Part shown: piece after piece, positions 27,101-36,029 of the stretch
Position numbering within the stretch: the first letter of the stretch is position 1
How the letters are laid out: every line of letters begins with the position of its first letter
Origin: an uncultured Eggerthellaceae bacterium
GTDB lineage: Bacteria; Actinomycetota; Coriobacteriia; Coriobacteriales; Eggerthellaceae
Reading direction: 5' to 3'
DNA length: 64,000 nucleotides
Assembly: GCA_903789375.1 (NCBI GenBank)
Contig: CAIFEB010000004.1
Span: forward strand, 65,289 to 129,288
The notes under the pieces: generated by a model
What the model was told of the DNA's origin: nothing
Seen by the model: only the letters and a program-made list of their open reading frames with translations
Databases searched by the model: none
Position numbers and translations under genes: made by a program

Positions 27101-27590
27101 CGACCTGGTGGAATCCAGCATCGAATCCCACCAGAAGGTGCTCGTGTTCTCCCAGTTCACGTCTTTTCTGGATCTGATCGGCAAGCGGTTTGCCCACGAT
27201 GACGTGGAGTTCTACACCATCACGGGCGCCACGCCCAAGCTCAAACGAGTCCAGCTGGTCAATGCCTTCAACGACAACGACGTGCCGGTTTTCCTGATCT
27301 CGCTCAAGGCGGGCGGCACCGGACTCAACCTGACGGGCGCGAGCGTCGTCGTGCACGCGGACCCCTGGTGGAACGCCGCGGCGGAAAACCAGGCGACTGA
27401 CCGCGCCCACCGCATCGGGCAGAAGAACGAGGTCAGCGTCTTCAAGGTGATTCAGCAGAACACCATCGAGGAGCGCATCATCAAGCTGCAGGAGGCCAAG
27501 CGCGACATCGCCGACAAGATCGTGAGCACGGACAACGTCTCCATCAGCTCGCTTTCCCGCGACGATCTGATGGCTCTCCTGGGCGAATAG
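24150..27590 (+). CDS. SWIM zinc-finger + SNF2-family helicase (RapA/HepA-like)
   Basis: SWIM motif CTCPASSSYPGACKHSIALV. Helicase motif I LADEMGLGKSIQ, motif II DEAQYIKN and a C-terminal helicase domain QATDRAHRIGQ. TTG start with RBS GGAAGGAG. Confidence 0.85.
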   Translation: MISDKLLAKISSPAVLARAQGIANRGNRISNRHVSYQSKGDLLLSARVRGTGGREAYTTTARINEGEGTVLGYTCTCPASSSYPGACKHSIALVIDFELRAQSYGGFDPTRDVKTSPCITSYLDGADERAESLVAADGGARHGSIALIPTLIEDYDGWSIRFSIKGDSTAYVVKSLSELVDNVEGGVFVRYGKSLAFTHTRAAFEERSQHEFDLLERAVQIRRVGAGGARWSYYAAPIERDLTLSTPELFDFLTLFMGESIQVQSGQSARSGRPLRVIDGDPELPLSIEPFGPSAWEVKRQGTWRFLSSEGEFWAQDDVAFYRCSDKLAKIAPFLEGVYAADQSELVVSDEDMPRFCSTVLPQTEHVLDVTLPPEVEALRPASCTVRFYFDRAKDAAVCVGYAVYEDKDGEEHRLNLLDDAPSHDIMRNLAAERQALGVCDRYLDRGDSTFFVSSKDQKRMATLLFEGVRALSEIGTVFTTPAFDRLAAKTQPRVTIGVSIKSNLIDLNVDTVGFPPDELHAILSSYQQKKAYHRMRDGSYLDLRTADLDQASELESALGLTSKELASGDVKLPAYRAFEIDALLDDDQKDASFNSWLDDFHQVDDSAFDVPCDLAGTLRPYQVTGYRWLATLSDLNMGGILADEMGLGKSIQLIALLLHAKEQRAQAKAAAATGAAAADAADVAHTAGSADAPDAARTAAATKTAGTDASADEAAKAAGSSAEASADDEAPASSGRTLVVCPASLVYNWMAEFSRFAPTIDAAAVAGSPDERAAVRANPAHEVLVTSYDLAKRDLDAYRAETFDYLVIDEAQYIKNAQTLVARAVKSIPSEHRIALTGTPVENRLSELWSIFDFLMPGLLGTYKRFRDRFEEPIVNGDDDAREHLRAAVAPFILRRLKKDVLHDLPDKFESVVYVHMPPEQRKLYDAREQLLRSSLKKTGDEALRTSKLQVLAEITRLRQICCDPRLLYDNYRGETGKIDAICDLVESSIESHQKVLVFSQFTSFLDLIGKRFAHDDVEFYTITGATPKLKRVQLVNAFNDNDVPVFLISLKAGGTGLNLTGASVVVHADPWWNAAAENQATDRAHRIGQKNEVSVFKVIQQNTIEERIIKLQEAKRDIADKIVSTDNVSISSLSRDDLMALLGE

Positions 27591-27601
27591 CGCCCGCATG
27601 A

Positions 27602-27673
27602 GTCACTTTGCCTGGCATTTTGTCTCATTGTGGAGATGTCTCCACAATGAGACAAAATGCCAGGCAAAGTGAC
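27602..27673. repeat. 72-bp perfect palindromic repeat element, copy 1 (35-bp arms, 2-nt centre)
   Basis: gtcactttgcctggcattttgtctcattgtggaga-tg-tctccacaatgagacaaaatgccaggcaaagtgac. Lies between the convergent SNF2 and TorD-like genes. A near-identical copy occurs at 36484. Confidence 0.85.
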
Positions 27674-27691
27674 ACACATGTCGGAGGCCAG

Positions 27692-28294
27692 CTACTCGCA
27701 AGCAGCGACGCCCTGAACAGCCAGCATTGCCACGTCGGTGTAGAAGTCGGCACCGGAACGCAGCATCAATATGCGTGCAGGTTCCAACCACAGCCCCATG
27801 TGCTCGGTCGCGAACTGACGGGCCAACCGTTCCGCCGTCTTCCGTTGCGCCTGGTCGGGAGCCTGCAGCTGCTGACGTTTCAGATACGCCAGAAACGCGC
27901 ACTCCGCCGCCAGCGAATCCGGAACCAGAGCGTCCACCGCTTCGGGACTTCCCGAAAGCAGCAGATAATCGAATCCGACCGCATGATAGCAACGCAGCAC
28001 CTGGTCGGACCGGGGACCCTGCCCGTGGCCGTATTCTCCGTCGCGCAAGTAGCCGTACATGCAGTTCTCGTTCGCAGGCACGTAGTACGTCCCGCCCGGC
28101 ACCAGAAACCGGTCGAAGTACCGCTGACGCAGCTCTTCCGGCTCAGGCCAGTCGCCGCACGACAGGCCGATTGCATCCGCCACCGTTCGCACGTCGCTCA
28201 GCACCTTGTCGGACGGCTCGTTGAGCAGTGCTTCCGCGCACACCTCGAGCACGACCGCCGCCGTCTGCGCGATCTGCCTGGTCTCGTCATCCAT
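27692..28294 (-). CDS. TorD/DmsD-family redox-enzyme maturation chaperone
   Basis: 200 aa with ...RQRYFDRFLVPGGTYYVPANENCMYGYL..., resembling the TorD signature. RBS GGAGGT. It is the last gene of the molybdoenzyme operon. Confidence 0.6.
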   Translation of the reverse strand: MDDETRQIAQTAAVVLEVCAEALLNEPSDKVLSDVRTVADAIGLSCGDWPEPEELRQRYFDRFLVPGGTYYVPANENCMYGYLRDGEYGHGQGPRSDQVLRCYHAVGFDYLLLSGSPEAVDALVPDSLAAECAFLAYLKRQQLQAPDQAQRKTAERLARQFATEHMGLWLEPARILMLRSGADFYTDVAMLAVQGVAACE

Positions 28295-28336
28295 GGGATA
28301 CCTCCGATATACAAGAACGGGTACCGAATGAAGGAA

Positions 28337-28386
28337 GCGGGGAGTGCAGCGGAAAGGGGATGTCTTGCACTCCCCGCAGTTTTCGC
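28337..28386 (+). terminator. Strong hairpin + T-tract oriented for + strand inside a minus-strand operon (between the dmsC-like and torD-like genes)
   Basis: 12-bp stem gcggggagtgca / tgcactccccgc followed by AGTTTTCGC. Confidence 0.35.
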
Positions 28387-28532
28387 ACGTCTGGAAAGTT
28401 TACGGATGGGTCTACCGATTCCAGAGTGCGACAAATGGGCAAACCTTCAACGCGGCAGCGGGACACGGACGCGGGATGCCTCGTGCTCATGCGCTTGCAT
28501 CCCGCGATCCGCCCTGCCCCGTCGCCCGCACG

Positions 28533-29390
28533 CTACATGGTGACCGCGGGCACCGCCGCCAGAACCACCAGGTAGCGCAGGACGAAGCCACCGATGAGCA
28601 CGCAGACCTCTGCGGTTGCGACCGCGCACAGAGGCCGCGCCTTCTTAAGCGACATCATGTCGATGACACAGGGTACCGCCAAGCCGACCACGATCAGGCC
28701 GCCCCAGAACAGAGGCGCAAACGCGCCCTTCACGATGCCGTCGACGGTCGCCGCGCCTGCAACTGCCATAAGCCCCGTGCCCTGCAGGGTCACGACCAGC
28801 AGGATGACCACCAGGCAAACCTCGATGATGGGCAGGACCGCCACCGTCTTCTCGTGGAAGGTGACACTGCGCATCGAAGCACGGTCGGCGATCTGCCCGC
28901 CCAGAAGTCCTGCGGCGAAACCGGTGCTGATGGCCGACACCAAGAACAGGATCGGCAGCACGGCCAGGTTCCACAGCGGGTAGGGCTCGGCCACGCCCAG
29001 CAAAACGCCCGTGTACACTGCCACGCACAAGCCGGCGATGATGCACAGCCAATCGAGGACTTTGGGCGTCTTCCTCTTGATGGCGTACAGCAGAAAATCG
29101 ATGAAGCCCGCAACCAGGAACACGGACAGAATCGCAGTGCCCCAGGTCATGACGGACCCCCAGTTGCTGAACAGGAGGATGAACCGCAGCGGATTGCGAA
29201 AGCCAGCCTTTGCGTCCAGCATCAGCAGCATGGTTCCGATGCCCACGGCTAAGAGGCCGATGAGCATATCGGCCAGGCACGCCTTGCGCGCCGTGGGGTT
29301 CTTCCACCCCAAAATAGTGGCGAAGGTGAAGCAGCCCGCACCCATGCCGGCAAGGAACAGGTAGCCGACGATCACTTCGTTCCAAACCAT
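28533..29390 (-). CDS. DmsC/NrfD-like membrane anchor subunit
   Basis: MVWNEVIVGYLFLAGMGAG... with 8 TM helices. RBS GAGGGGAGG. Starts 2 nt after the Fe-S subunit stop. Confidence 0.75.
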   Translation of the reverse strand: MVWNEVIVGYLFLAGMGAGCFTFATILGWKNPTARKACLADMLIGLLAVGIGTMLLMLDAKAGFRNPLRFILLFSNWGSVMTWGTAILSVFLVAGFIDFLLYAIKRKTPKVLDWLCIIAGLCVAVYTGVLLGVAEPYPLWNLAVLPILFLVSAISTGFAAGLLGGQIADRASMRSVTFHEKTVAVLPIIEVCLVVILLVVTLQGTGLMAVAGAATVDGIVKGAFAPLFWGGLIVVGLAVPCVIDMMSLKKARPLCAVATAEVCVLIGGFVLRYLVVLAAVPAVTM

Positions 29391-29392
29391 GG

Positions 29393-30022
29393 CTACCTCC
29401 CCTCGTACTTCTTGTAGACGTTGCCGCCCTTATGGATGGCCGAAACGCGCTCACACGCCTCGGTGTCCTTCAGGCCGATGTAGCGCAGCGCCGTGTCCTG
29501 GCCCAGTTCCTCGTGCAAGATCTCGCCGCCGCCGACTTCCGCCAGCCGCTTGGAGATGTCGCTTTCCGGGTCGTTCAGATCGCCGAACAGGCGCGCCTTG
29601 GTGACGCAGGTCGCCACGCACGCAGGCAGAAGCCCCTGGGTGGTACGGTGGTAACAGAAGGTGCACTTCTCCACCTCGCCCGTCACGTCATCGCACCAGC
29701 GCACGGAATACGGGCATGCCACCATGCAGTACTTGCAGCCGATGCACCGGTCGCGGTCGACCAGCACAATGCCCGTTTCGGGGTCGATGTGCGAGGCCTT
29801 GGTGGGGCACACGCTCACGCACGGCGCGTCCTCGCAATGGTTGCACTGCTTGGGCACGTTGGCGCGGTAGACGTTGCCGCCCTTTTCCGCATCCCAGCTT
29901 TCGACCCAGGTGTTGAACTTTGTCAGGGGAATGTCGTTCTCCTGTTTGCAGGCGACCGCACACGCGTTGCACCCGATACATAAGGAGAGGTCGATCAGCA
30001 TTCCCAATCGTTTGTTGCTCAT
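29393..30022 (-). CDS. 4Fe-4S ferredoxin-type electron-transfer subunit (DmsB/PsrB-like)
   Basis: Four Cys clusters: CIGCNACAVAC, CNHCEDAPCVSVCP, CIGCKYCMVACP and CTFC...C. Starts 13 nt after the catalytic subunit stop. Confidence 0.85.
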   Translation of the reverse strand: MSNKRLGMLIDLSLCIGCNACAVACKQENDIPLTKFNTWVESWDAEKGGNVYRANVPKQCNHCEDAPCVSVCPTKASHIDPETGIVLVDRDRCIGCKYCMVACPYSVRWCDDVTGEVEKCTFCYHRTTQGLLPACVATCVTKARLFGDLNDPESDISKRLAEVGGGEILHEELGQDTALRYIGLKDTEACERVSAIHKGGNVYKKYEGR

Positions 30023-30035
30023 AATCCCTACCCCC

Positions 30036-33000
30036 TTATGCCTTCTCGATCTTGTACATGCCGCCGTTGCGCCCAGGAGCTGCGGCGTTGTTGTCCGACA
30101 GATAGTACAGGGCATCGGTGATGGTGGGGTCGCGCATGGTGACCAGATGAATGCCTGCGGCGATGGCATCGTTGCCGTCGACCGTCTGACCGTCGACCTC
30201 CCACGACTTGGCGCCGTAGAAATGGTGCCCGTAGCCGTACGCCACGGCGAACGTGGTAGGCGCCGTGCCGGCGCGCACCATAGCCTCGCCGACCATAATG
30301 TCGCCGCCCGCGCTCGTGACCTTGACCGTGTCGCCGTCGGAAATGCCCAGCTTGGCTGCATCGTCGATGTTGATCTCGATGTAGTTGTGCTTGCACAGAT
30401 CGCGCATGATGGGGCTGTTGGACTGCATGGAGATGGAGCGGAAGCGCGGCTTGTAGTTGGTCGAGACGAAGGGGAACTCCTCGCGCGAGAAGTGGTCCTC
30501 GAGCAGCGACTGATCCGCCATCAGCTGGCCTGCCGCGTTGAGCGAGGCCGTCGGGCGCTTGCCACTGTAGGGGTTCACGCTCGTGCCGATGATCTCGGAG
30601 TACAAACGGCTTTCGAACGTCTGCGCGAAGGCGCTGCGACCGTCCTTGCCCTGGGCCATCTCGATGGGCCAGAACCGGCCGCCGCGGGACAGGACTTTCA
30701 GCACCTTGGGCCACTCCTCGGCGCTGACAGCGTTCTTCCAGGCCGCAGGTAGATTGTCGAGCGCCTGCAGCTTGATCTCATCGTCGGTGATGTCATCCAC
30801 GGGCGTCGTGTCGTAAGCCAGGTTGGCCACGGCCTTCAAGAAGAGGTCGCACGCATCGTTGAAGGGATGCATGGTGCCGTCAGCGTCTGCGATGGCGTTG
30901 TCGCCGAAACCCGGTGCGCCGCACGCTTTGGCGACGTCGCAGATGAAGGCCTCGTAGCTGGCATGGCGGCCGCCGGAGATCTCGACGCTTTCGGGCGTCT
31001 TAATGGGCCAGCGCACGGTGTTGCCGCGGCCGGGCCAGTAGCCCTCGTTCGTCACCACGCCGAAACTCTCATAGGGCGTCGTGTCGGGGATGATGTAGTC
31101 GGCCATGGACGCCATCTCGCCCATGAACACGTCGCACGCCAGGAACAGCGGAACCACATCCGGGTCGCACAAACGCGCGCGTACTTCGTCGTTGAATAGT
31201 CCCGGCGAGGCTTCGATGGTGTTCGACATCCAGGTGAGCAGGATTTTGGCCTTATAGGGGTACTGGTTGACAATCGACGTGAGAGCCTGGTTGTCCGAAA
31301 CCGTCGTGCTGGGGAACCACGGAAGCAGGGGCTTGGGATCGGCTTCGCCCTGCGCCTTACGGTTCTTGTACTCGTCGGTCTTGGTCCATGCGCAGGCATT
31401 GCGGCTGATGTAGGTGGCGTTCTTGGTGGAAACGGACGGCTTGCCCGCAACCGTGGCGATCTTGTAACGGGTACCATCGCTGGTCGTTGCCGCGGAATTG
31501 CGGCGCGGTACGGAGCCGCCGACCATCTGGTTGGACCCGATCATAGCGTTGAGCAGGCGGTAGCCCATAGTCGCCTCGGCGCCGTTGACAACAGCCGTGC
31601 CGCCCATGGAGTTTGCCGACGCCTTGACGCCGTGGGAGGTGAACTCCTTAGCCGTGGCCTCCAGGACGCTCACGGGAACGCCCGTGATCTGGGCGTATTC
31701 GTCCATGGTCTTCTGCATGACGGAATCTCGGAACATCAGGAAGGCCGTGCGAACCTTGACGCCGTTGACCTCGCCTTCGAATTCCAGGTCGCCCTTGCTG
31801 CACTTGGTGTGAAGCGCCGGTTCGCCCGTCTCCGCGTCGATGACGACGTATTGGACGATGGCCGCGCCCTTGGAATCGGTCTCACCGGGGTCTTCGATGC
31901 CGGCGTCGGCTGCCCGCATGAACTTGCGATAACTTGCAGAAGATTCGTCGACGATGACCAGGTGCGTCGCGTCGGTGTAGGACGCGTAGCCGCCTGCCAC
32001 GCCGGCTTGATAGTTGGGCAGCGAAAGGAACTCGGTGTTATACGCTTTGTGTTCCATCATCCAACGGACGAGCGCACTGCCGAACGCGTCGTTGGTAGCC
32101 GTGCGGATGGGATGCCACGTGATGTTGGGCGTCGTCGGGGTCACGCATCCGTTAGCTAAAGCAGGGTCGAACACGTCCATCTTGCAGCCCTTGTGGAGCG
32201 CTGCCATGGCGCGTTTGCTGATGCCCTGGAAGCTCTTGCCAGTACCGCCGGGGAACTGTCCCATGAACAGGACGTATTCCGCATTCTCCAGGTCGGCGGT
32301 GGTGTCCTTGGTGCCGGACTCAGATAGCGCACGCGCTATTGCTGAGCCACCTCAACTGGCGCCGTGGCCGTAGTTGTTGAGCGTGCCGAAGCACGAGGCG
32401 AAACGACCCGCCGTCGCACCCGCGCGCCCATCACCGCGACCGCCGAGCATGACCAGCTGATTGGACTTGGGACCCAAGTTGGGTTTGTCCGCATCCAGGG
32501 GCGTGGTCGTGTCGTGGATTGCCTTGAAACCTTCGATTTCGCGGTCTTCTCCCAGGTCGGCGAAGAGCTTGCCGCCCTCGGTGACCTCTGTGATCAGCTG
32601 ATCCCAGCTGATGGGCTTCCATTTTCCGGACCCGCGCTTGCCCGCGCGCTTGAGCGGCTGGGTGATGCGGTTCGGCTGCGAATAGGCGTCGAACGTCGCG
32701 TTGCCGCGGCCGCAGACGGTCCCCCGCAGCTGGTTGCCCTTGCCGTCCGCAAAGCTCATGGACCGATAGGCTTCCTCCAGCGGCTCTTCGAAGCTCAGGT
32801 ACGGGAACGAATTGTTGGGATTGTACGGGTTGCCGCACACGTTGAGCACACGGCCGGTCTCGCGGTCGATTTTGACGCGATTGCCGCACGAGCTGTAGCA
32901 GCCCAGGCAGGCGCTGTAGCGCACGACCACGTCCGGGTTGACCGTGACCTTACCCGTCTTGGGGTCGACCTTGGCTTCTACCGGTTGCCCCTGTTTTTGC

Positions 33001-33131
33001 TTTGGAAACTCAGCGTCGGCAGCGAAAGCGCTCGTGTCCTGCGCTGACAGTCCCACGCCTACGGTCGCCAGCGCGCCGAGCGCGCCTGCGGCTTTGACGA
33101 AGCTGCGTCGATTGAAGCTGAATTCTTCCAT
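30036..33131 (-). CDS. TAT-exported bis-MGD molybdopterin oxidoreductase catalytic subunit with an in-frame TGA (predicted selenocysteine) at 32352-32354
   Basis: RBS AGGAGAAAGGAGGGG precedes ATG 33131. TAT motif NRRSFVKAAGALGALA, N-terminal Fe-S motif CLGCYSSCGNRV...C, and molybdopterin domains. ORFs 32352..33233 and 30036..32264 are the same frame, separated only by a TGA in the context GHGAS-U-GGSAIA (compare FdhF RVUHGPSVA and NapA RLCMASAVA). Confidence 0.8.
32319..32346 (-). other. SECIS-like stem-loop 5 nt downstream of the in-frame UGA
   Basis: mRNA: UGA GGUGG CUCAG-CA-AUAGCGC-GU-GCGCUAU-CUGAG. Bulged stem with an apical G/U-containing loop. Confidence 0.55.
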
Positions 33132-33255
33132 AGCCCCTCCTTTCTCCTGACGAACAAGAAGTGGTGGCGTCCGCTGGCCGACGGCGCCGCGTTCTTCAGA
33201 AGGGAGGCGAGTCCTCATACTCGCCTGGTGCACCTGTCCCCTTATGAGGGCACTA

Positions 33256-33282
33256 TATCATAAATCATAGGGATTTATGATA
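33256..33282. promoter_or_regulatory. Palindrome TATCATAAATC-N5-GATTTATGATA in AT-rich promoter region of the molybdoenzyme operon
   Basis: 11-bp perfect arms. The half-site TATGATAC recurs at 33443 and in the GntR promoter. Confidence 0.45.
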
Positions 33283-33494
33283 CTTGTTATACAAACCTAT
33301 GATTCTATTTTTGGATAACAGGATGATGAAATGATGATTTTATAAGCGTGAACTGGGATAATGATAACTCTCGTCACCCGATGACGAAACTCATCAATTG
33401 TCAAGTTAGTAAACACATGTACTGATACTGGGGCGAATTCGAAGCCAGGCATATGATACTTGGCTCTATCGACAGACGTGACCTGCACCCGCCA

Positions 33495-33532
33495 GTGTGC
33501 GAAAAATCGACGATATTGTATTTTTCGCACAC
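33495..33532. promoter_or_regulatory. Palindrome GTGTGCGAAAAAT-N12-ATTTTTCGCACAC
   Basis: 13-bp perfect arms, just downstream of the AAA ATPase gene and upstream of the molybdoenzyme operon. Confidence 0.4.
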
Positions 33533-33568
33533 TGACAAAGGTGTCTCACCCGCGCCGTTGCCCTCTCT

Positions 33569-34870
33569 TTATTCCCATATCGACTTATTTCCAATAGCGT
33601 AAAGCGGCACGTTGCGCATCCAATTCTGGTCGCGGTAAGACGCCAGCGAAAATCGCCTGCAGTTCATGTCCGCGAAGCGCTTATTGAAAGCAGCCAGGCT
33701 CTTTGAACGCAGATTCTCTTCCGCTTTCACTTCGATGGGATAGATTCTCCCCTCGTCCTGAACCAGAAAGTCAATTTCCCCACTCGAATTTTCGGCAGAC
33801 CAGTAGAAGGGGTCCAGCCCGCACGACGAAATCAGCTGCTGACACACGTACTGTTCCGTCAAAGCGCCCTTGAACTCGGTAAACACACGGTTTTCCTCGA
33901 GCACCGCGGACGGATTCAAATCACACAGGGCGCCCAGCAGCCCAACATCGACCAAAAAGACCTTGTAGGCGACCGCATCGGGATACGAAGACAGCGGAAG
34001 TCCCGGCTTGCTCACACGCCGCACCTTGCGGATAAGGCCCGCTTGCTCAAGCCACACCAGGCATTCTTCGAAATCCGACGCTCGGGCGCCCTTGCGGACC
34101 TGGCCGAACACGAATTTCTTATTCTCTTTGGAAAGGTGCTTCGGTATGGAATCCCACACGAGCATCGTACGAGCCAGAAGGCGCGGAGGTATGTGCTTTG
34201 CGAAGTCGCGCACGTAGCCATCGAGGATTTCGTACTGGATGGCACGGGCAGTCTTGAAATCGCCCCCGTCTGCAAAGGCAACCACCGCTTCAGGCATGCC
34301 TCCGACAAGGTAATACTGTTTCAACAGATCGGAAAACCTTCTCTCAAGCGCATCGATAGTAGACGTATCGCCCGTCCGAACAAGATCGGCGAACCGCTTA
34401 TTATCGGTAGCGTCCAGAAATTCCAGGAAGCTGAGCGGATACAAATCCAGCATGTTCACCTTGCCAACGGGGAAACCCGTGCCCTCGGTTGCGGAAACGC
34501 CCAGAAGCGACCCAGCGGCTGCGACAGCATACTGGGGCGCGTCTTCGCAGAAATATTTAAGCGACGTGATGGCTCGAGGACACGATTGCACCTCGTCCAG
34601 CACGATGAGCGTACGATCCGGCCGGATATCGCAATCAAGCTCAAGGGACAACGCAGCGACAATCCGCGGGATGTTGAAATCGGAATCGAAGAAGCCTCGC
34701 GCCACGGAATCGCTGTCGAGGCTGACGTATGCGACATTTTCGAATTCGGTCTTACCGAATTCCTTGAGCAGCCAGGTTTTCCCGACCTGGCGGGCACCGT
34801 TCAGAACGAGGGGCTTTCTCCTGGGGCTGTGTTTCCAGTCTATGAGACGTTCCATCAGGGTTCTGTCCAT
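33569..34870 (-). CDS. AAA+ ATPase of the AAA_14/DUF4143 type (COG1373-like)
   Basis: Walker A LVLNGARQVGKT and Walker B LIVLDEVQ, with a C-terminal DUF4143-like region. AT-richer than its surroundings. ATG 34870; the track's TTG 34885 lies inside the palindrome. Confidence 0.7.
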   Translation of the reverse strand: MDRTLMERLIDWKHSPRRKPLVLNGARQVGKTWLLKEFGKTEFENVAYVSLDSDSVARGFFDSDFNIPRIVAALSLELDCDIRPDRTLIVLDEVQSCPRAITSLKYFCEDAPQYAVAAAGSLLGVSATEGTGFPVGKVNMLDLYPLSFLEFLDATDNKRFADLVRTGDTSTIDALERRFSDLLKQYYLVGGMPEAVVAFADGGDFKTARAIQYEILDGYVRDFAKHIPPRLLARTMLVWDSIPKHLSKENKKFVFGQVRKGARASDFEECLVWLEQAGLIRKVRRVSKPGLPLSSYPDAVAYKVFLVDVGLLGALCDLNPSAVLEENRVFTEFKGALTEQYVCQQLISSCGLDPFYWSAENSSGEIDFLVQDEGRIYPIEVKAEENLRSKSLAAFNKRFADMNCRRFSLASYRDQNWMRNVPLYAIGNKSIWE

Positions 34871-34882
34871 GGTATCGCCTTT

Positions 34883-34936
34883 CAATTTTACGTCCTTAAA
34901 AATGTATATTACTACATTTTTAAGGACGTAAAATTG
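34883..34936. repeat. AT-rich perfect palindrome with 24-bp arms, overlapping the 5' end of the AAA ATPase gene
   Basis: caattttacgtccttaaaaatgta-tattac-tacatttttaaggacgtaaaattg. Confidence 0.8.
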
Positions 34937-35005
34937 ATTGATACAACAATTTTCAGGCTGATGATTCCGAATGAATCCGCCCGAGTCAACTGTCTCATGC
35001 GATTC

Positions 35006-35932
35006 CTATTTCGCCACGTCATCCAAGCCGCTGAAGGCATCGGACAGGTCGCTGGGCAGCACGACCACGCCGCCGCGTTCCTTGACGCTGTCGGACACCA
35101 GGTTCATAGCACGCAGCTTGAGCGCCCCGTCTTCCTGGCGGTACTTGCGGGCGGCGTCCACGTACATATCCGCAATCTGCTCTTCGGATTCGGCAATGAG
35201 CATGCGAGCGTTGAACTCGCGTTCGGCCCGCGCTTCGATCGACATGGATTCCTGCAGGTCCTCGGGGATTTCGATGTTGCGGATTTCCACGCCCAGGATG
35301 TTGACGCCCCAGTCAGTGGTCTTTTTAGCCAGAGTGTTGAAGATTTCCTCGTCCAGCTGACGCCGGCGCATGCCCATCTCCGATGCGTTGAGTCCGCCGA
35401 TGGCGTCGCGCAGCGTGGTCTGGGCGACCAGGAGCACGGCCTCCCCCACCTCGCTCACTTCGAAGCAGGCATCTTTGGCGTTCCACACGACCCAGAACAA
35501 GACGGCGTCCACATCCACGGGGACCAAGTCGGACGTGAGCGTTTTCTCCGCCTTGACCGTGGTCGTGCGCAGACGCATGTCCACGGTCGAGGTCACGTAC
35601 TCGATGAAGGGGATGATGAACACGGCGCCCGGACCGCTTACACGGTTGAACTTGCCGAACCGCGTGACCACGGCGTTTTCCCACTCCATAACCACGTGGA
35701 AGCTCATCAAAAACATGAGCGCCGCCGCGACGCCCGCAAGGAAGAGCGGCACTGACTGCAGCTGCCAGGCTATCGCGGTGAAGATCAGAAACACGATTGC
35801 GGATGCACAGGCGCGAAGCGCATTGGCTCCCACGCGACTGACCTTGAGCATACGGATGCCATGCGGCTCAACCTCTTCGGATTGGTCGCCTTTTTCAAGG
35901 CTGGGATCCACGAACGCTTCCTTTTCGGCCAT
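35006..35932 (-). CDS. SPFH/band-7 (stomatin/HflC-like) membrane protein
   Basis: N-terminal TM segment, then VVTRFGKFNRVSGPGAVFIIPFIEY...DLVPVDVDAVLFWVV... SPFH core. RBS GAGGGGG. Confidence 0.8.
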   Translation of the reverse strand: MAEKEAFVDPSLEKGDQSEEVEPHGIRMLKVSRVGANALRACASAIVFLIFTAIAWQLQSVPLFLAGVAAALMFLMSFHVVMEWENAVVTRFGKFNRVSGPGAVFIIPFIEYVTSTVDMRLRTTTVKAEKTLTSDLVPVDVDAVLFWVVWNAKDACFEVSEVGEAVLLVAQTTLRDAIGGLNASEMGMRRRQLDEEIFNTLAKKTTDWGVNILGVEIRNIEIPEDLQESMSIEARAEREFNARMLIAESEEQIADMYVDAARKYRQEDGALKLRAMNLVSDSVKERGGVVVLPSDLSDAFSGLDDVAK

Positions 35933-36029
35933 GACTACCCCCTCGTACTACCGCCTGCATCGCAGCGCTTGGGACGGTTCCGCTTGCAACGTCGTCGGCG
36001 AATTTCCGCAGCGCATTGCAGCGTCGCCG

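Noticed and set aside
25512-27599. 695-aa minus-strand ORF
   Set aside because: Antisense to the SNF2 helicase.
34043-35755. 570-aa plus-strand ORF
   Set aside because: Antisense to the AAA ATPase and SPFH genes.
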